A DNA stretch of 64,000 nt from Octopus bimaculoides (Eukaryota): positions 26,371,455 through 26,435,454 of the forward strand of contig NC_068989.1 of assembly GCF_001194135.2 (NCBI RefSeq). Reading direction: 5' to 3'. A program made the translations under genes and the position numbers. The notes under the pieces are model-generated. The model made no database searches. It was given only the letters and a program-made list of their open reading frames with translations, and was not told the origin of the DNA. Below, piece after piece: positions 50,591 to 64,000 of the stretch (the stretch's first letter is position 1; each line of letters begins with the position of its first letter).

Positions 50591-51650
50591 TTCACCTAAC
50601 ATTTCATACCTGATGTGTTTAGCAGGAAAGATTATTATTTTGAGAAGTAGTATTACTTTTGTACTTACTATTTTTTGTCTTGTTCGGTCAGGTCTAGTCC
50701 CTGACCTGGGGTTTCTACAGATAACATCTGAGCTGTTGAAAGTAGTGTAAAATTCTCGGTCCATTAAATATTGATTTTTGTACTGGTTAATGTTGATAAA
50801 AATGTACACTTATTTTCTTGAGCTATAGTGCTCTAAAACCTGGCATTATTTTATTCTTCATAGTCCACAACCTTTTTATTTACAAACCCAAGACTTTGTA
50901 CTTTGTCAGCTTCTCTGTGCATTTTGGAAATTATTCGAGAATAAGTAAACATGCCCTCCCTTTCTCTCATTGATAATTTTGTCAGGCTCGTTGGCTTTTA
51001 TTTCTCTGCCAATATGATGGTCATATCCACAAAATGGTGACTTCATTTTTGTTACCACTTTTCATGTATTTCCATTTTATTAATCCGGCATATATTCAAG
51101 TGTACGTACGCCGTTGACTTGTTATGCCTGCTACTGTATTTCTCCATTCTTAATTCTTGGCTTCCAAACACAACATAACTGATAATTTTTACATATTGTC
51201 CGTATATCACGTATTGTGATGCAATATCTGAACGCGAAATTGTGTAGTGATTATCAGAATTTCCCATTTTGCATTCACTCCAGTGCACTTAAGCGAATGA
51301 TATGTTTTCATTTGATTAAAATCTATTTTCTGCAATCCTTTTACGCACTTTCCTTGCCTTTTACTGTCCCCACGTTTCTGTCAGTACATGCACCCCATAG
51401 TATTTTTCTCTATCGTTGCTATTATTGATTCATTCTTCGTTGTTCCTGTTGCTGTTCTTTGTATTCATTGTTGTTGCTTTTGTTGTTGCTGCTGTTGTTG
51501 GTGCTGTTGCTACTGATACTGCTCTTGGTCTTCATGAATATAATGCCTTTTGTTACGACTGCGATTATTACGTTTCAAAATATCTCAAAATATTAGTTCG
51601 AGGTCCCTAAAATCATTTGCCTCAAGTCATTTTTGCATTGTATCCTGTAG

Positions 51651-51727
<77 letters not shown>

Positions 51728-52859
51728 CACACACACACACACAATCACACACACACACATATATATATATTTGTATAAAAGCATGCTTTAATCGGGCTTG
51801 TGGGATTTAGAATACTTTCTAGAAAATACTGTAAGCACGATCATGATTCAAAAAAATCAAACAAAAATGATATAATAGCAATAACCACGTTTGTATTACA
51901 AAGAACAGACTGATAGTGTTACAAAGAACCAACAACCAAGACAATAGAAGTAGCTAAAATCTTTTGCTAACACAGCTCGAGAAAAATAATTATGAGTAAG
52001 CTTCACCTCTCAGAAGGAGGTGCAGATATGTCACGAAGTTATTCACCACATCGCCTGGCGACGCACTCGAAGAAGGAAGAACGAGAAAAACAACAAATAT
52101 CTACATTTCGTAAATGATAGTAATTTCAGTATGACGTCATATGAGAAGTAGATAAAAGATCTAGCACATAAGAGGAATACTGTAGTGGTTGGGCCATGTT
52201 GAGGCGGGGTCGGAAACTTCAATGTCAAATCTTTGGTGTCTTACAAGCGTGTGCATACTAGCGCACAAAGAAAAGACATGGGGTTATTGGTTCTACGCCG
52301 TATGCACGTCTTCTGTAGAACACTAACCCTTTCTGGTATTGTATTCTAGTCGTGTAGAAATACCGTAATTTTATGCGACAGAGAGAGATGCCAAAATTAC
52401 TCAGTTGTTTCGCATGTAGAAGTTCGGGATGCGTGTGTCGTTCTTGAAATATTGTAAGGAGAGGAAAAGATGAATGTCACAAGAAACTAGACCTATCTGC
52501 GGCTTTCAAAAAGCCACTAGTCCCGAACTGAAAATTTCAATTTATTCTTCGTGCTATCTGCTGATATTCAGGACGTTGATAAACTGATGGCATTTATCAA
52601 TTACGAGATGAACTGACATTTTAATGAAAATGGGGAATTTTTCATAGTTCGTTGTATCATGTAAGAAATTAAAACGTATCTTTTCAGTGATAGCGAGATG
52701 GAATATATGTATGAGATAGTACTTCAGAAATCAGAAGCAAGTACATTCAGAAGTAGAAGCAAGAAGGTGGAGTGGATGCAGTCGTGAGATGCATTGATTC
52801 AAACTACGTGGAAGCTTAACATTTCTGTGTAGAGCTAGTTTTAGTTTAACCAAACATTT

Positions 52860-53122
52860 TAAAAGCATAATTGCACACAAAGCAAAAAACAACGTGAAGC
52901 CAGCTGTTCCTGCAGGGATAAAGACTTATTCCCGCTAAATGAAGTCTGTACGACCAAGGCCATTATTTATGAAGCGACCGTAAATTCTACAAACGCTAAT
53001 AACACAGTTTCGTCAAAGAGATATGTCGGTGTCACAGAGGGAAATTTTAAAGCAAGATTCAATAATAACACCATAAGCTTCAGACACTGCAATGAACGAA
53101 AGAAGACCAAAATATCCAGTCA
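52860..53122 (+). mobile_element. Penelope-like GIY-YIG fragment (same CxC..CP type as 10308)
   Basis: CSCRDKDLFPLNEVCTTKAIIYEATV...RYVGVTEGNFKARFNNNTISFRH...KTKISSH, ending in a microsatellite. Confidence 0.75.
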
Positions 53123-53534
53123 TATATTGTACATACATACATGCATACACACACAGACATACACACACACACATATATATGCGTATATTTATATGTATAA
53201 ATGTCTAAATATGTATATAAGCATACACCTATGTGTATATGATGATGAAGTTGCATGCATATACACGTACGAATATATACGTGCGTGTGTAAGTGTATGA
53301 GTGTGTACACATATAGACGTTATGAACGCAGGAGGCTTTTTGTCGTTGTAATGTGCGTGTATTTTTATCTTTTATATTTTCCTACCTATTAAAGTAACCT
53401 CCCTTTTATTCAACGGTTTTTATAGCATATATTGTCATGAGAATGCATCGTAGCTCTTAGGTGTGACATTTGAAACTCTGAGTTCTATTATGACAACTTT
53501 ATGATTAACTTTATGATTGTCCTAAACAATACAT

Positions 53535-53579
<45 letters not shown>

Positions 53580-53861
53580 NNNNNNNNNNNNNNNNNNNNN
53601 NNNNNNNNNNNNNNNNNNNNNNNNNNNNNNNNNNNNNNNNNNNNNNNNNNNNNNNNNNNNNNNNNNNNNNNNNNNNNNNNNNNNNNNNNNNNNNNNNNNN
53701 NNNNNNNNNNNNNNNNNNNNNNNNNNNNNNNNNNNNNNNNNNNNNNNNNNNNNNNNNNNNNNNNNNNNNNNNNNNNNNNNNNNNNNNNNNNNNNNNNNNN
53801 NNNNNNNNNNNNNNNNNNNNNNNNNNNNNNNNNNNNNNNNNNNNNNNNNNNNNNNNNNNNN

Positions 53862-53893
<32 letters not shown>

Positions 53894-55101
53894 TATATAC
53901 ATATATACATACATGTATGTATGTGTGTATTATATACGGACACACATTTACTAGCATATCTAATTAGGAACACACACACACACATCTATCTATATATATA
54001 TGTATATATATACTTCACTGTATCATCTACCAAACTATTGAATTTTGTTATACACTACTGATCACAATATGCTTCCTCACGTTACTACTGTTGAATGATG
54101 CCACTGCTCAGGCAAACAAGCAGGCCCACATTCCTTCTAAACGGAGGTGCTTTTTTGTCGCTGGGTTACCCATTTACTGAATTCACTTTACTACACTACC
54201 AGTCAGTAATTAGAACATTTTTCCTGTCTGGATTCTCATTTGTCTGCATGTATTTTGAAATACCGAAATGCATTCAAGGAAAGTCTTACTATTAAACATT
54301 AAAAATATAGAAATTTGCGTACGTACAAAACCGAAAGTTTCTATCTTAGGATTTTATTCCATTTCTGGTTATTATTGGGATATTCCAAACGTCTTTTCTT
54401 AACTCATAATTGCAGATAAACCTCATATAAGAGAGCCCATTCCAAAACTATTTAATAATGACATTTTGCTATTATTTGAGTAATACAATAAAAAATTGAA
54501 ACACTTTGAAAGTAAAGATTGAACCCCGAACAGTCGATAGTCAAACTGATAGGAATTGGTACTTACATGAGATGCTTAGCTCCGCGGAAACCAGTGACTA
54601 ACAACGTGTTGTATATCCTGGTTATGGCATGATTCTCCTAGAAATTGCAACTGTAACAAGATGTTGGACACGAGTTAGTTTTACTGTAAATATTAACGTT
54701 AAGTCGTTTACTTCTTAAGATACATCCATGATACTTCATAATAATACACTCAGATCACATCACACAATACATGAGAAACGAATTTACAATTCATATATAA
54801 ACAATCAAGTTTCACGCCCAAAAGGGACTTCATATTTCAAGAGGATGTTATGTCATTTATCCTACGAGCTATTAGCTGACAGGAATGTAGTGTACATGTA
54901 TAAATTGATTACTATTTTTACTTACATAGGCACACATGTACTAACATGATGCATATATATATATATATGAAAGAATGTTTGGAAATGTTTATTCACGGTT
55001 TCACGGTTTTAGAAAAAAGTTGTAAAAAGTAAAATGTAAAGCTTTGTATGAGCTTTGTGGTGTTAAGCACTGGTTATCACAAAAGTATTAAAATACAGTT
55101 A

Positions 55102-55301
55102 TACATTCTTCAAATAATAATAAGAAAATGTTAAAAACAATTTACAAGAAAGTATTTAAGAAAGTAATCAGAACGGGACTCCAAAAGACATTTTGAGTTC
55201 ATGTAACTCAAAATGCCTTTTGGAGACTCATTCTGATTACTTTCTTAAATACTTTCTTGTAAAGTGTTTTTAACATTTTCTTATTATTATCAAAGAATGT
55301 A
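55102..55301. repeat. ~200-bp near-perfect palindrome (MITE-like)
   Basis: ~97-bp arms (TACATTCTT...CATTTTGAGTT / AACTCAAAATG...AAGAATGTA) around a loop of a few bases at ~55200. Confidence 0.9.
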
Positions 55302-55329
55302 CATATGTATATGTAATTTATTTCGCGAG

Positions 55330-57115
55330 AGATTTTGCTGCATGCAATCAAGCCCTATGCATAGTACTCGTGGAAACTCACCTCAGCCCTAATATAGAGG
55401 ATGCAGAAGTTCACGTACCAACATATGCCATACTGCGAACAGACACAAGGGAGAGGAGCCATCGTGGAGTTGCAATATACATCCGTGACGACCTCACACC
55501 CCGGTCTTACTGCCATACTCAAATTCGGTATATGACACTCTAATTGTATACATAAGGCAACATAATATAGTCATATGGAATACATATTGCCCACCGGATG
55601 CTCCAAACCACATAGGCAAGTTTATAGATTACCTCATAAGAATTAAAGAAATCCTCATGAAATTGGAACACCACGTGACCATATTTCTTATGGGTGATTT
55701 CAACTTCCCCAACGCCAAATTGCCCGAAGGACTCATACTCTCAGTAATGACTTATTGCAAGCAAGCATAGGTGGAGTACCTGCTCAACCTCACCAATGTC
55801 CTATTCATGAAGCAAGCTGTACTCAGAAGAAAATAACTTGCTGAGTGATACCCAGCATGGCTTTCGACCAGGTAGCAGCTGCCTGACCCAACTCTTACAA
55901 CATTATGACTAAGTGTTGAAGCAGTTACTCAAGAACTCAAATATGGACGTAATATACCTTGATTATGCAAAAGCTTTTGATAAGGTGAATGATGGTATGA
56001 TATGTCACAAACTGCGTGATCACGGTGTAGCTGGAAAACTTGGAGAGTGGTTACATGACTTTCTGAAAGATAGAAGTCAGGCAGTGGCTAATGGAGCCAC
56101 CTCTATGAAAACAAAAATAGGCAGCGGTGTTCCATAGGGCACTGTCATGGAACCACTGCTTTTTATAGTGACCCTCTCAGATATACTCGCAAGTGCCAGG
56201 ACAGCCACCCTTGCAAGCTACGCAGACGATACGAAAGTCTCGCAGAATATACAGAACCCCAGCGATGCTGCACATCTGCAGCAGAAGTTGGACTCAATTT
56301 ATAGATGGGCTGAGGATAATAATATGCAGTTTAATGCTGAAAAATTCCAAGCCCTGCGCTACCAGCGTCCAAAACTGAATATGAAACTTACACGGTGCAC
56401 TGGTCCACAGGGAATTTCAATCCAAGAGCCTAAATCAGTGAGGGATCAGGGTATCCGACATGAGTGATGATACCCCTTTCTGAGTGCACATTACCAGGAT
56501 GGCGACAAAGTGCAGAAGACTGGCTGGATGGATCCTGAGAATATTCAGAACCAGAGTTAAGGAACCTATAATGGTCCTCTGGAGGACATTCGTCTTCAGC
56601 GGCCTGGATTATTACTCACAGCTATGGTCGCCCACCAGTGTGAAATTAACAGCGGACCTTGAAGCAATCCAGAGAAGATTCCCGAAGAGGATGGCCTCTT
56701 TGCAACTACTCATCTACTGGGAAAGGATGAAACAGCTAAAACTCTACTCCCTAAAGAGAAGGAAAAAGAGGTATGCAGTAATATATATCTGGAAGATCCT
56801 GGAAGGAATTCTCTCAAATTTTCCCATTGAAAGCTACACCATTTCCAAAGATCACAATAACGCCATCGCACTTCAGGTCCAGCTACTGCAACAGCCTGGG
56901 TTTCAGGGGCCCACAGCCTTTTTAATACTATCCCAAAGAGTCTTTAAATCAAAGCTGGACCTCTCCCTTTCGAGAGTCCCAGATGAACCTACCTCACGGC
57001 AAGAGGTGCAAATGAGGGTAGCTACATCAAACTCATTTATCACCATATTGGAGGAGGCTCTCAGTAATAACGGTGCAGGAAAACAGCGGTGCATCCGCAT
57101 CGCCGCTGCTATGAG
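55330..57115 (+). mobile_element. CR1-like LINE with internal deletions (APE + RT + 3' region)
   Basis: YAILRTDTRERSHRGVAIYIRDD (APE); DVIYLDYAKAFDKV, GVP*GTVMEPLLF, YADDTK, WAEDNNMQFNAEK, YYSQLWSP (RT and thumb). Confidence 0.9.
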
Positions 57116-57923
57116 ATGAAGCTACAGAAAAACATATATTTTAATACTTTTGTATTAATCTTTTTCTCAAAAAGTGGAACAGGTCAAGTGAATAAACATC
57201 TTTATAATTGCATTTTCAAATCTTCTTTCATATATATTTCCTCTCGTGCAGCACTTTACAACTTTACCTTGTTATATATTTATATACAAACACATCGAAC
57301 ACACGCGGTAGTGTGCAAATAGTATTCTTGAGGTCAACATTTAACCACTTGCGACAATTCCTAGGCTTTGTCCCTAACTCAGTTTTTAACTAAATTAGAT
57401 GATATTTACACTTTTAGATTGATCACACCCTAAGCTACATTTTTCGCTACAAAATTAGAAAATTACTTCGGGAGAAACAAAATTTTGGTCAAATATGTGA
57501 GGTCATAAACGGAAGATAAACGCCTGAAATCGACTTTGAGTCGACAATATATTTTTTAAGAAATCTATATTTTATCTTAGCTTNNNNNNNNNNNNNNNNN
57601 NNNNNNNNNNNNNNNNNNNNNNNNNNNNNNNNNNNNNNNNNNNNNNNNNNNNNNNNNNNNNNNNNNNNNNNNNNNNNNNNNNNNNNNNNNNNNNNNNNNN
57701 NNNNNNNNNNNNNNNNNNNNNNNNNNNNNNNNNNNNNNNNNNNNNNNNNNNNNNNNNNNNNNNNNNNNNNNNNNNNNNNNNNNNNNNNNNNNNNNNNNNN
57801 NNNNNNNNNNNNNNNNNNNNNNNNNNNNNNNNNNNNNNNNNNNNNNNNNNNNNNNNNNNNNNNNNNNNNNNNNNNNNNNNNNNNNNNNNNNNNNNNNNNN
57901 NNNNNNNNNNNNNNNNNNNNNNN

Positions 57924-57962
<39 letters not shown>

Positions 57963-58729
57963 GAATAACAAACTGCTTGGACTAAATGTGCACAAAAATG
58001 TGGTTACGCCTAAAATCAAATTAAAAACCTAAGCAATTCTTTTTACTTACTCACGACCATTTCAATGCCTCGTTACTAACTCAGTGTTTACCCAAATTAG
58101 ATGATGTTTATATTTGTAGACTGGGCATATTATAAGCAACATTTCGATTCAAAATATTTGAAAATTAGTTAAGTATAAATAAATGTTTGAGTCAAAAATA
58201 TGAGGTCAGGAACGGGAGAAAAAAGCCTGAAATCATCTTTGAGTACCATTTTATAAAAATTTTATCTATATTTTATTTTAGCTTATATGATAGATCGCAA
58301 TGGAAGGAATTTATCCATGTTATTTATATGCAAAAAGTTTCAGTAGAAAAAGATACTGAGGTAAAAAATGAAAATTAACGCCTGAAATCGACTTTGACTC
58401 CAAATGTTATTCCCTCAAAAGAAGACTATATTTAAATTCAACAGGAATTTCATGATGCTAATTCTTTATATAAAAGATTAAAATAAAAATACTACTAGGG
58501 CCGAACGTGCCGAAAACAGTGACAACGCCTAAAGGTAATACAAAACCTAAACATTTTGTATCTTTGTAAAAAAAAAATGTTTTTGTTTAACTCATATGAT
58601 AGAACTCCTCAAAAGGTTTGTTGTGAATCTAATCGTTTCAAAACATATTGAAAATGAAAAAAGTTATTATATAAGATGGATGTGCCAAAAGTAGGTAAAA
58701 CGATTTTCGAGAAGTATTACAGTACCAAG

Positions 58730-58942
58730 ACGACGAGCTGGCAGAGTCGTTAACACGCAGGGTTAAAGTTTTGCGGCATTTCGTCTGACTCTATATTCTG
58801 AGTTGAAATTACACCAAGCTCGTCTTTGCCTCTTATCTTTTCGGTACTCAATAAAATGAGTATCAGCTGTGCACTGAGGTCGATGTACTCAACTTCCCCG
58901 CACTCCGGAATTGATTGCCTTTTGCCAAAATTTGAAACCAAT
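58730..58942 (+). mobile_element. SINE family 2 copy
   Basis: GACGAGCTGGCAGAGTCGTTAACACGC head, TTCTGAGTTGAAATT B-box-like, CCAAAATTTGAAACCA end. Confidence 0.75.
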
Positions 58943-59015
58943 ATTGCAAAATGTTTGATTCAATTCTGTATTTAGGTAGCTTGCAAACATCTACCTCGTA
59001 TTCATAGAATACACT

Positions 59016-59145
59016 ATATTGTAATAAATATATATTGTAATAAATATATATTGTAATAAATATATATTGTAATAAATATATATTGTAATAGATATATATT
59101 GTAATAAATATATATTGTAATAAATATATGTTGTAATAAATATCA
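59016..59145 (+). repeat. 18-bp AT-rich minisatellite, ~7 units
   Basis: TATATTGTAATAAATATA repeated. Confidence 0.9.
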
Positions 59146-59625
59146 TTCACACACTATTCCTAAGGTCAACATTATTCACTCGCTACCACCTCCAGACTTT
59201 CTCTCTGATTCAGTTTTTCACTAAATTTGTCATTTAAACATTTTTAGATTGTTCATATATTATCATACCCTTTCTTGCTAGCACTTCTTACTATATATAA
59301 ATATAGCTCATTTATTTATTGATTTTATAATAAAATTAGCATTACATTGATATTCACTATATAGAAAATTATTTTTCATAATGAATTTTCGCACTTTCTT
59401 TATGGGGGTGTTCGTATTATGCACTTTGTTTCAATATCAAAATTTTAAATACAGTGAAGGTATAGAGTCTAATATTTTAAAAATTATAATTACATTTCTC
59501 ATTCATAAAATTCTCATTTTCATTCAATCATCAACAATAAAAAATAATTCAAATATCTTTTGACAAAACAATATTTATTAATTTTATTGCATTGCCTGGG
59601 AAAAGTGGATTACAATGAAAATGCC

Positions 59626-60453
59626 GGCGCATGCATGTTAATATTCTGAAGTTATTACACCTGGAAATGTACAAAACAAGATTTCTTCAGTAGAATTTGC
59701 CTGATTTGTCACCTCTAAAGGAAACTAAAAAGTACTTAAAATTAAAATTCTACTGTGCTAAAAATATTGCTGCCAAGAACAACATTTTAAAAATTAAAAT
59801 ACGTTATATTAGGTAAATATTTTATTTATCATGAGAATCTAAAAAAACACAGGTAAATCTTTAAAAACACGGTAGAAAAATAATCAAAAATGAATTTAAA
59901 TAAAAACTTTTTTAATCATGCGGTTTTAAATATACAATTAAAACAGTCATTTTATTTAATTGCACCAAGTACAAACAATATAATATTAAGATGTAAATAA
60001 TATTGCACAAGATTTAGTTTTTACTTGAATTGAAATCCCATTACAGAAAACAAACATTAATTGCCGCAGAATGATCATTAAATGGTTTCGAATCAAACAT
60101 ATAATCAGTCAATTCTTACACATTAAAATAAAAAAAATTGTGACGTAAGTAAAATTTATTAGTTGGCATTAATACAGTAGAATTAGTCCAATTCGTACAT
60201 GGCTAATTCGTTACTGCGCCTAATTCGTCAATTTTAAATTTTCTCCTAGGGATGAAGAATTAGGTGAATTATATTGTATTCTTTAAAAATATTTCTTTTA
60301 AAACATTTCAAAAATAAAATATAGTAAATTTTAAAATGTTATTCTCCGCTGCAATATTTTAAGCACAGTAGAATTTCAATTTTAAGTACATTTTAGTTTC
60401 CTTTAGTGGTGAGGAATCAAGCAAATTCTTAAGAATATTAACATGCATGCGCC
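59626..60453. mobile_element. MITE-like element with long terminal inverted repeats
   Basis: GGCGCATGCATGTTAATATTCT (59626) versus AGAATATTAACATGCATGCGCC (to 60453); 59692-59800 is inverted at ~60330-60430. TSD not checkable because a gap follows. Confidence 0.75.
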
Positions 60454-63379
60454 TACANNNNNNNNNNNNNNNNNNNNNNNNNNNNNNNNNNNNNNNNNNN
60501 NNNNNNNNNNNNNNNNNNNNNNNNNNNNNNNNNNNNNNNNNNNNNNNNNNNNNNNNNNNNNNNNNNNNNNNNNNNNNNNNNNNNNNNNNNNNNNNNNNNN
60601 NNNNNNNNNNNNNNNNNNNNNNNNNNNNNNNNNNNNNNNNNNNNNNNNNNNNNNNNNNNNNNNNNNNNNNNNNNNNTATATATATATATATATATATATG
60701 AATGTATGTATATAACAAATGCTAGAGACGGAAAATGGAATATATCAGAAACTTTATTGCTGGCAACGATTGCTTCAACCCAGCCGGTCTCGATCCCTCG
60801 TGGCTGGGATAATGTGCAATTGGATATGGTGCATCTCTCTGTGCAGAAGCGTCTCCTGAGGTGATTTTGCAAGAGGTATCTCGTTAAATAAACCCTGTTT
60901 CGCTTGGTTTTAATACCATATATTGTTAGTAGCCGTAGATTTAAGCAGTTGGGCTTGAATGCCGTGGAGCATTCTTACTTCTTATTTCTTATTATCAGTG
61001 TCGGTTGATGCAACCGACCAATGTAAAATATAACAATATTAATCGCCGTTATCACGAATGACATGCATGGGTAATCAGTACAGTGTCTTCTGCAACACAA
61101 TTCTAATAAAATAAAATATATTGCAATCTAAGGGAGTAAAAATATAGATATCATAAAATAATTGTGGCCGACCAGTTTTCTCCAGCAAACTTTTTATTAA
61201 TAACAAAGATAACAAAATTACGATACATCTCTTGTATTCACGCTGTCTTCTTTTTTTATATCTGAAAATTAGTGAAGTCCTGAGCTCGCAACATTGACTT
61301 CAGATATACATGTGCTTATTCTTCGAAATATATGCTGCTTTTTATATATAAGGGCTTTCGATGAAGGAGGAGCACATGATGCCCTTAATGGGATGTCATA
61401 TATATATAAACTTTAGAAAGTGAATTTGTTTTATATACACATACACACACAAACATGTATGCCTCTGTGTGATCTTCACAAAAGAAAATACAAACAACCG
61501 GGTAACAATTTGCAAGTTCTCGGGGATTATTTAGAATTGTTTGAGTAAAAGGTCTTTTTATGCTATTTTTTATAAGAAGCCTAATGTGTATTTAGAATAT
61601 ATGGAAGTTCGGGTGCATAGATACAAATTTTAAACAAGAAATGAAGGTAATTTTACATATCAAATAAGGTTATCAAACTACATTCTTTACATATGCGTAT
61701 AATAATAACTACCTTATAAGTTATGTGTAAAAGAAATTAAGAATAAAGAAATAAAGCTTAACTTCCTCAGCTAGAAATGCTGTTATAGTTTTAGCATTAC
61801 ATATTGTAAGATGAAAGAGTTTACGTGGTCTGCAATATAAGACTTTCAATGCTAACATTAAAGATATACCTATATCAAATTTAAGATGTTGAGGTTATAT
61901 GAGGCAGTTATACAATTACCTCTCAAGCCAAGAACAGTTTTACAAGCATACTTGCTGTAAATAGACACATTTGAAGCACGTAAAACGGTAACGGTCATAC
62001 ATAAATATAATGGCCAAATATTCCTACAAGATTGCCAAATCCAAAATAAAATGTTTAGAGTAAGAGTACATTATATGTCAGGAAAAGAAATCTCCGAAGC
62101 ACAATTAAATATAGTGTAAGAACACACATTGAACATAGCACTTGATATGTTTAGATTAATGAAATCAGTTTGAACGCCCTTAAATTCCAGTAGTTAGCAG
62201 TGTGTAACGACCACTACTGAAACGCTAAAGTAACGCCACGTGTGTATGAAGTTCTATTTTAAGTTTTACGCCACATGGTTTCTTTTACCCTCAATTATAA
62301 GTAATACAAACACAAAATGGATGTAGTTAGAAGGCACAACAATGGAATTAAACGGACTTTCGTTGTACGCAATACTATAAGCCTCATTAAAGTTGTTGAT
62401 CTTTGCATATTTGCGAAATAAATACTTACAAGGAAAGAGGGAAACTGCTACGTCTATATAGATTGATAGAAATTGAATAGAAGTTTTTTGATATGGTAAT
62501 AAAATATATTATTGAAATACTAAAATAAGTGTTTGAAATGTTCATTTGAAAATGAAATATAAATAGAAGTATAAAAAAAGTGGTAATTCGAACATTACAT
62601 TATTATAATAATAATAATAATAACAGGTGTATTACACCAATGAAACAATGTAGAAATAGAGAAATAGACATGATACCCAAAAGATTCAAATAAACAACAT
62701 ACAATTTAGCTCACTACTCATAACAATGGTAATAACATTACATAACCAGAATAAGAGATAGTAGAGAAAAGACGTTTATATACTGGAACTTCAGCGGCTG
62801 ATAGAGCTGACGAAAGCAGTTTTGTAATATACTGCTATATAAAACAGATACAAAATGTGATTACAATCTAATTATACATAATGATAATTTTCATGAATTT
62901 GATTAGAAAATAAATGTTTTTAGTTTTTTAAGCATGCAAACCTGGTAATGGATGCATATTATCTAACATATAAATATATATTATTACCCAATGGGATACT
63001 TCCTTTATGTTGCATGCTGGAGAGCATTTTTCGCATTTAGTTTCCAACGAAAATTACAGTTTGCTATTTATATTCTCCAGGAAGTGAGATAAGAAAAATA
63101 TTCATTTCCGAAATTTATCATTAATATATATCACTCAGTCACTCAGTTTTGTTAGATTTATACTAACTTTCGTACGAAATCTTCCTGAAAACATTTTCAA
63201 TAAATTCGGAACGTGCCTATTGTTTTCTTCCTATTACATTTATGTATGCTTCTCATGGAACATACATGTGTGTGTGTGTGTGTGTGTGTGTGAATTGAAC
63301 TAGTTTCAGCTCACGAGCATATACTGTTGCTACATAATTTTACTTCACTAATTCATTTTAGATCTTGACATTTGGTGCA

Positions 63380-64000
63380 TGTCGGAGTTTGACGCCGCTG
63401 TCCACATTTGCATATCCCACTGTGAAGTTGGTTCATGCGGGACTCTGGACAATAACAGATCTAGTTTTGTTTTGAAGATATCTACAGCCACCCCATGTCG
63501 GTCTCTCAGGTCCTTCGTGGGGATATTGTAGAGTTGTAGTGTTTCAAGCCTATGCTGTTGCGATATGTTGTCCTATACTTTGATGGATAAGTTGACGTCT
63601 TTGGCACTACGCAGTGACGCCCTGTTCTAGCGTTAGAGGAACTCTCAATGCCAAAGTTTGGGAAAATCCCTTCAGGATCTTCCAGGTGTATATTGCGCAT
63701 ATCTTTACCGCTTACGTTCCATGGAAGAAAGTCTCAATCTCTTGGTTCTTTCCCAGTAATTTATAAGTTGCGAAGAGGCTATCTTCGTCGTGTAGCTTCA
63801 TTGGATTGCATCACGTTCTGCAATTAGTTTTGCACTGGTTGCTGACCGTAGTTGGGAACAATAGTCAAATTGGCTCAGGAAAAATGTCCTGCAGACGACC
63901 ATCTTAGTTTCCTAATCTCTCGTTTAAAAACTTTTCAGAATCCATCTGGTCAGCCGCCTGCATTTCATTGCCAACTTAGCGACATGTCAATGGAAGGATG
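63380..64000 (-). mobile_element. CR1-like LINE 3' fragment, same family as 55330-57115
   Basis: GIFPNFGIES...GRHCVVPK; the segment TTCAAAACAAAACTAGATCTG...AGAGTCCCGCATGAACC parallels 56940-56995. Confidence 0.75.

Noticed and set aside
5994-62000. Many ORFs rich in YI, CV, HT, poly-I, poly-L or X
   Set aside because: They are translations of microsatellites and N gaps.

Overview
AT-rich eukaryotic (metazoan) non-coding DNA with dense microsatellites, about ten assembly gaps and layers of decayed transposons. The two SINE families resemble those I recall from octopus genomes, so a cephalopod source is likely (inference). I can support no intact host gene, true tRNA/rRNA gene or CRISPR array; almost all listed ORFs are microsatellite translations or transposon fossils. 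Identifiable content: a Gypsy gag-pol fossil, at least five Penelope-like element (PLE) fragments, three CR1-like LINE fragments, R4/Dong-like LINE pieces stacked in (TAA)n arrays, mariner derivatives, a Chapaev3-like transposon nested in a Helitron helicase, and several SINEs and MITEs. The most striking feature is a ~530-570 bp fold-back element present twice (2661-3185, 19812-20378). Each arm reads tRNA-like Pol III head, (TAA)n, minimal hammerhead ribozyme (HHR) motif. The arms are joined head-to-head, and each copy is flanked by an 11-12 bp target-site duplication (TSD). It looks like a PLE-dependent SINE-ribozyme that moves as a palindrome. A ~8 kb inverted duplication centred on a PLE GIY-YIG endonuclease, and further HHR motifs beside PLEs, fit the same theme. 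All alignments were done by eye; fossil boundaries are approximate.
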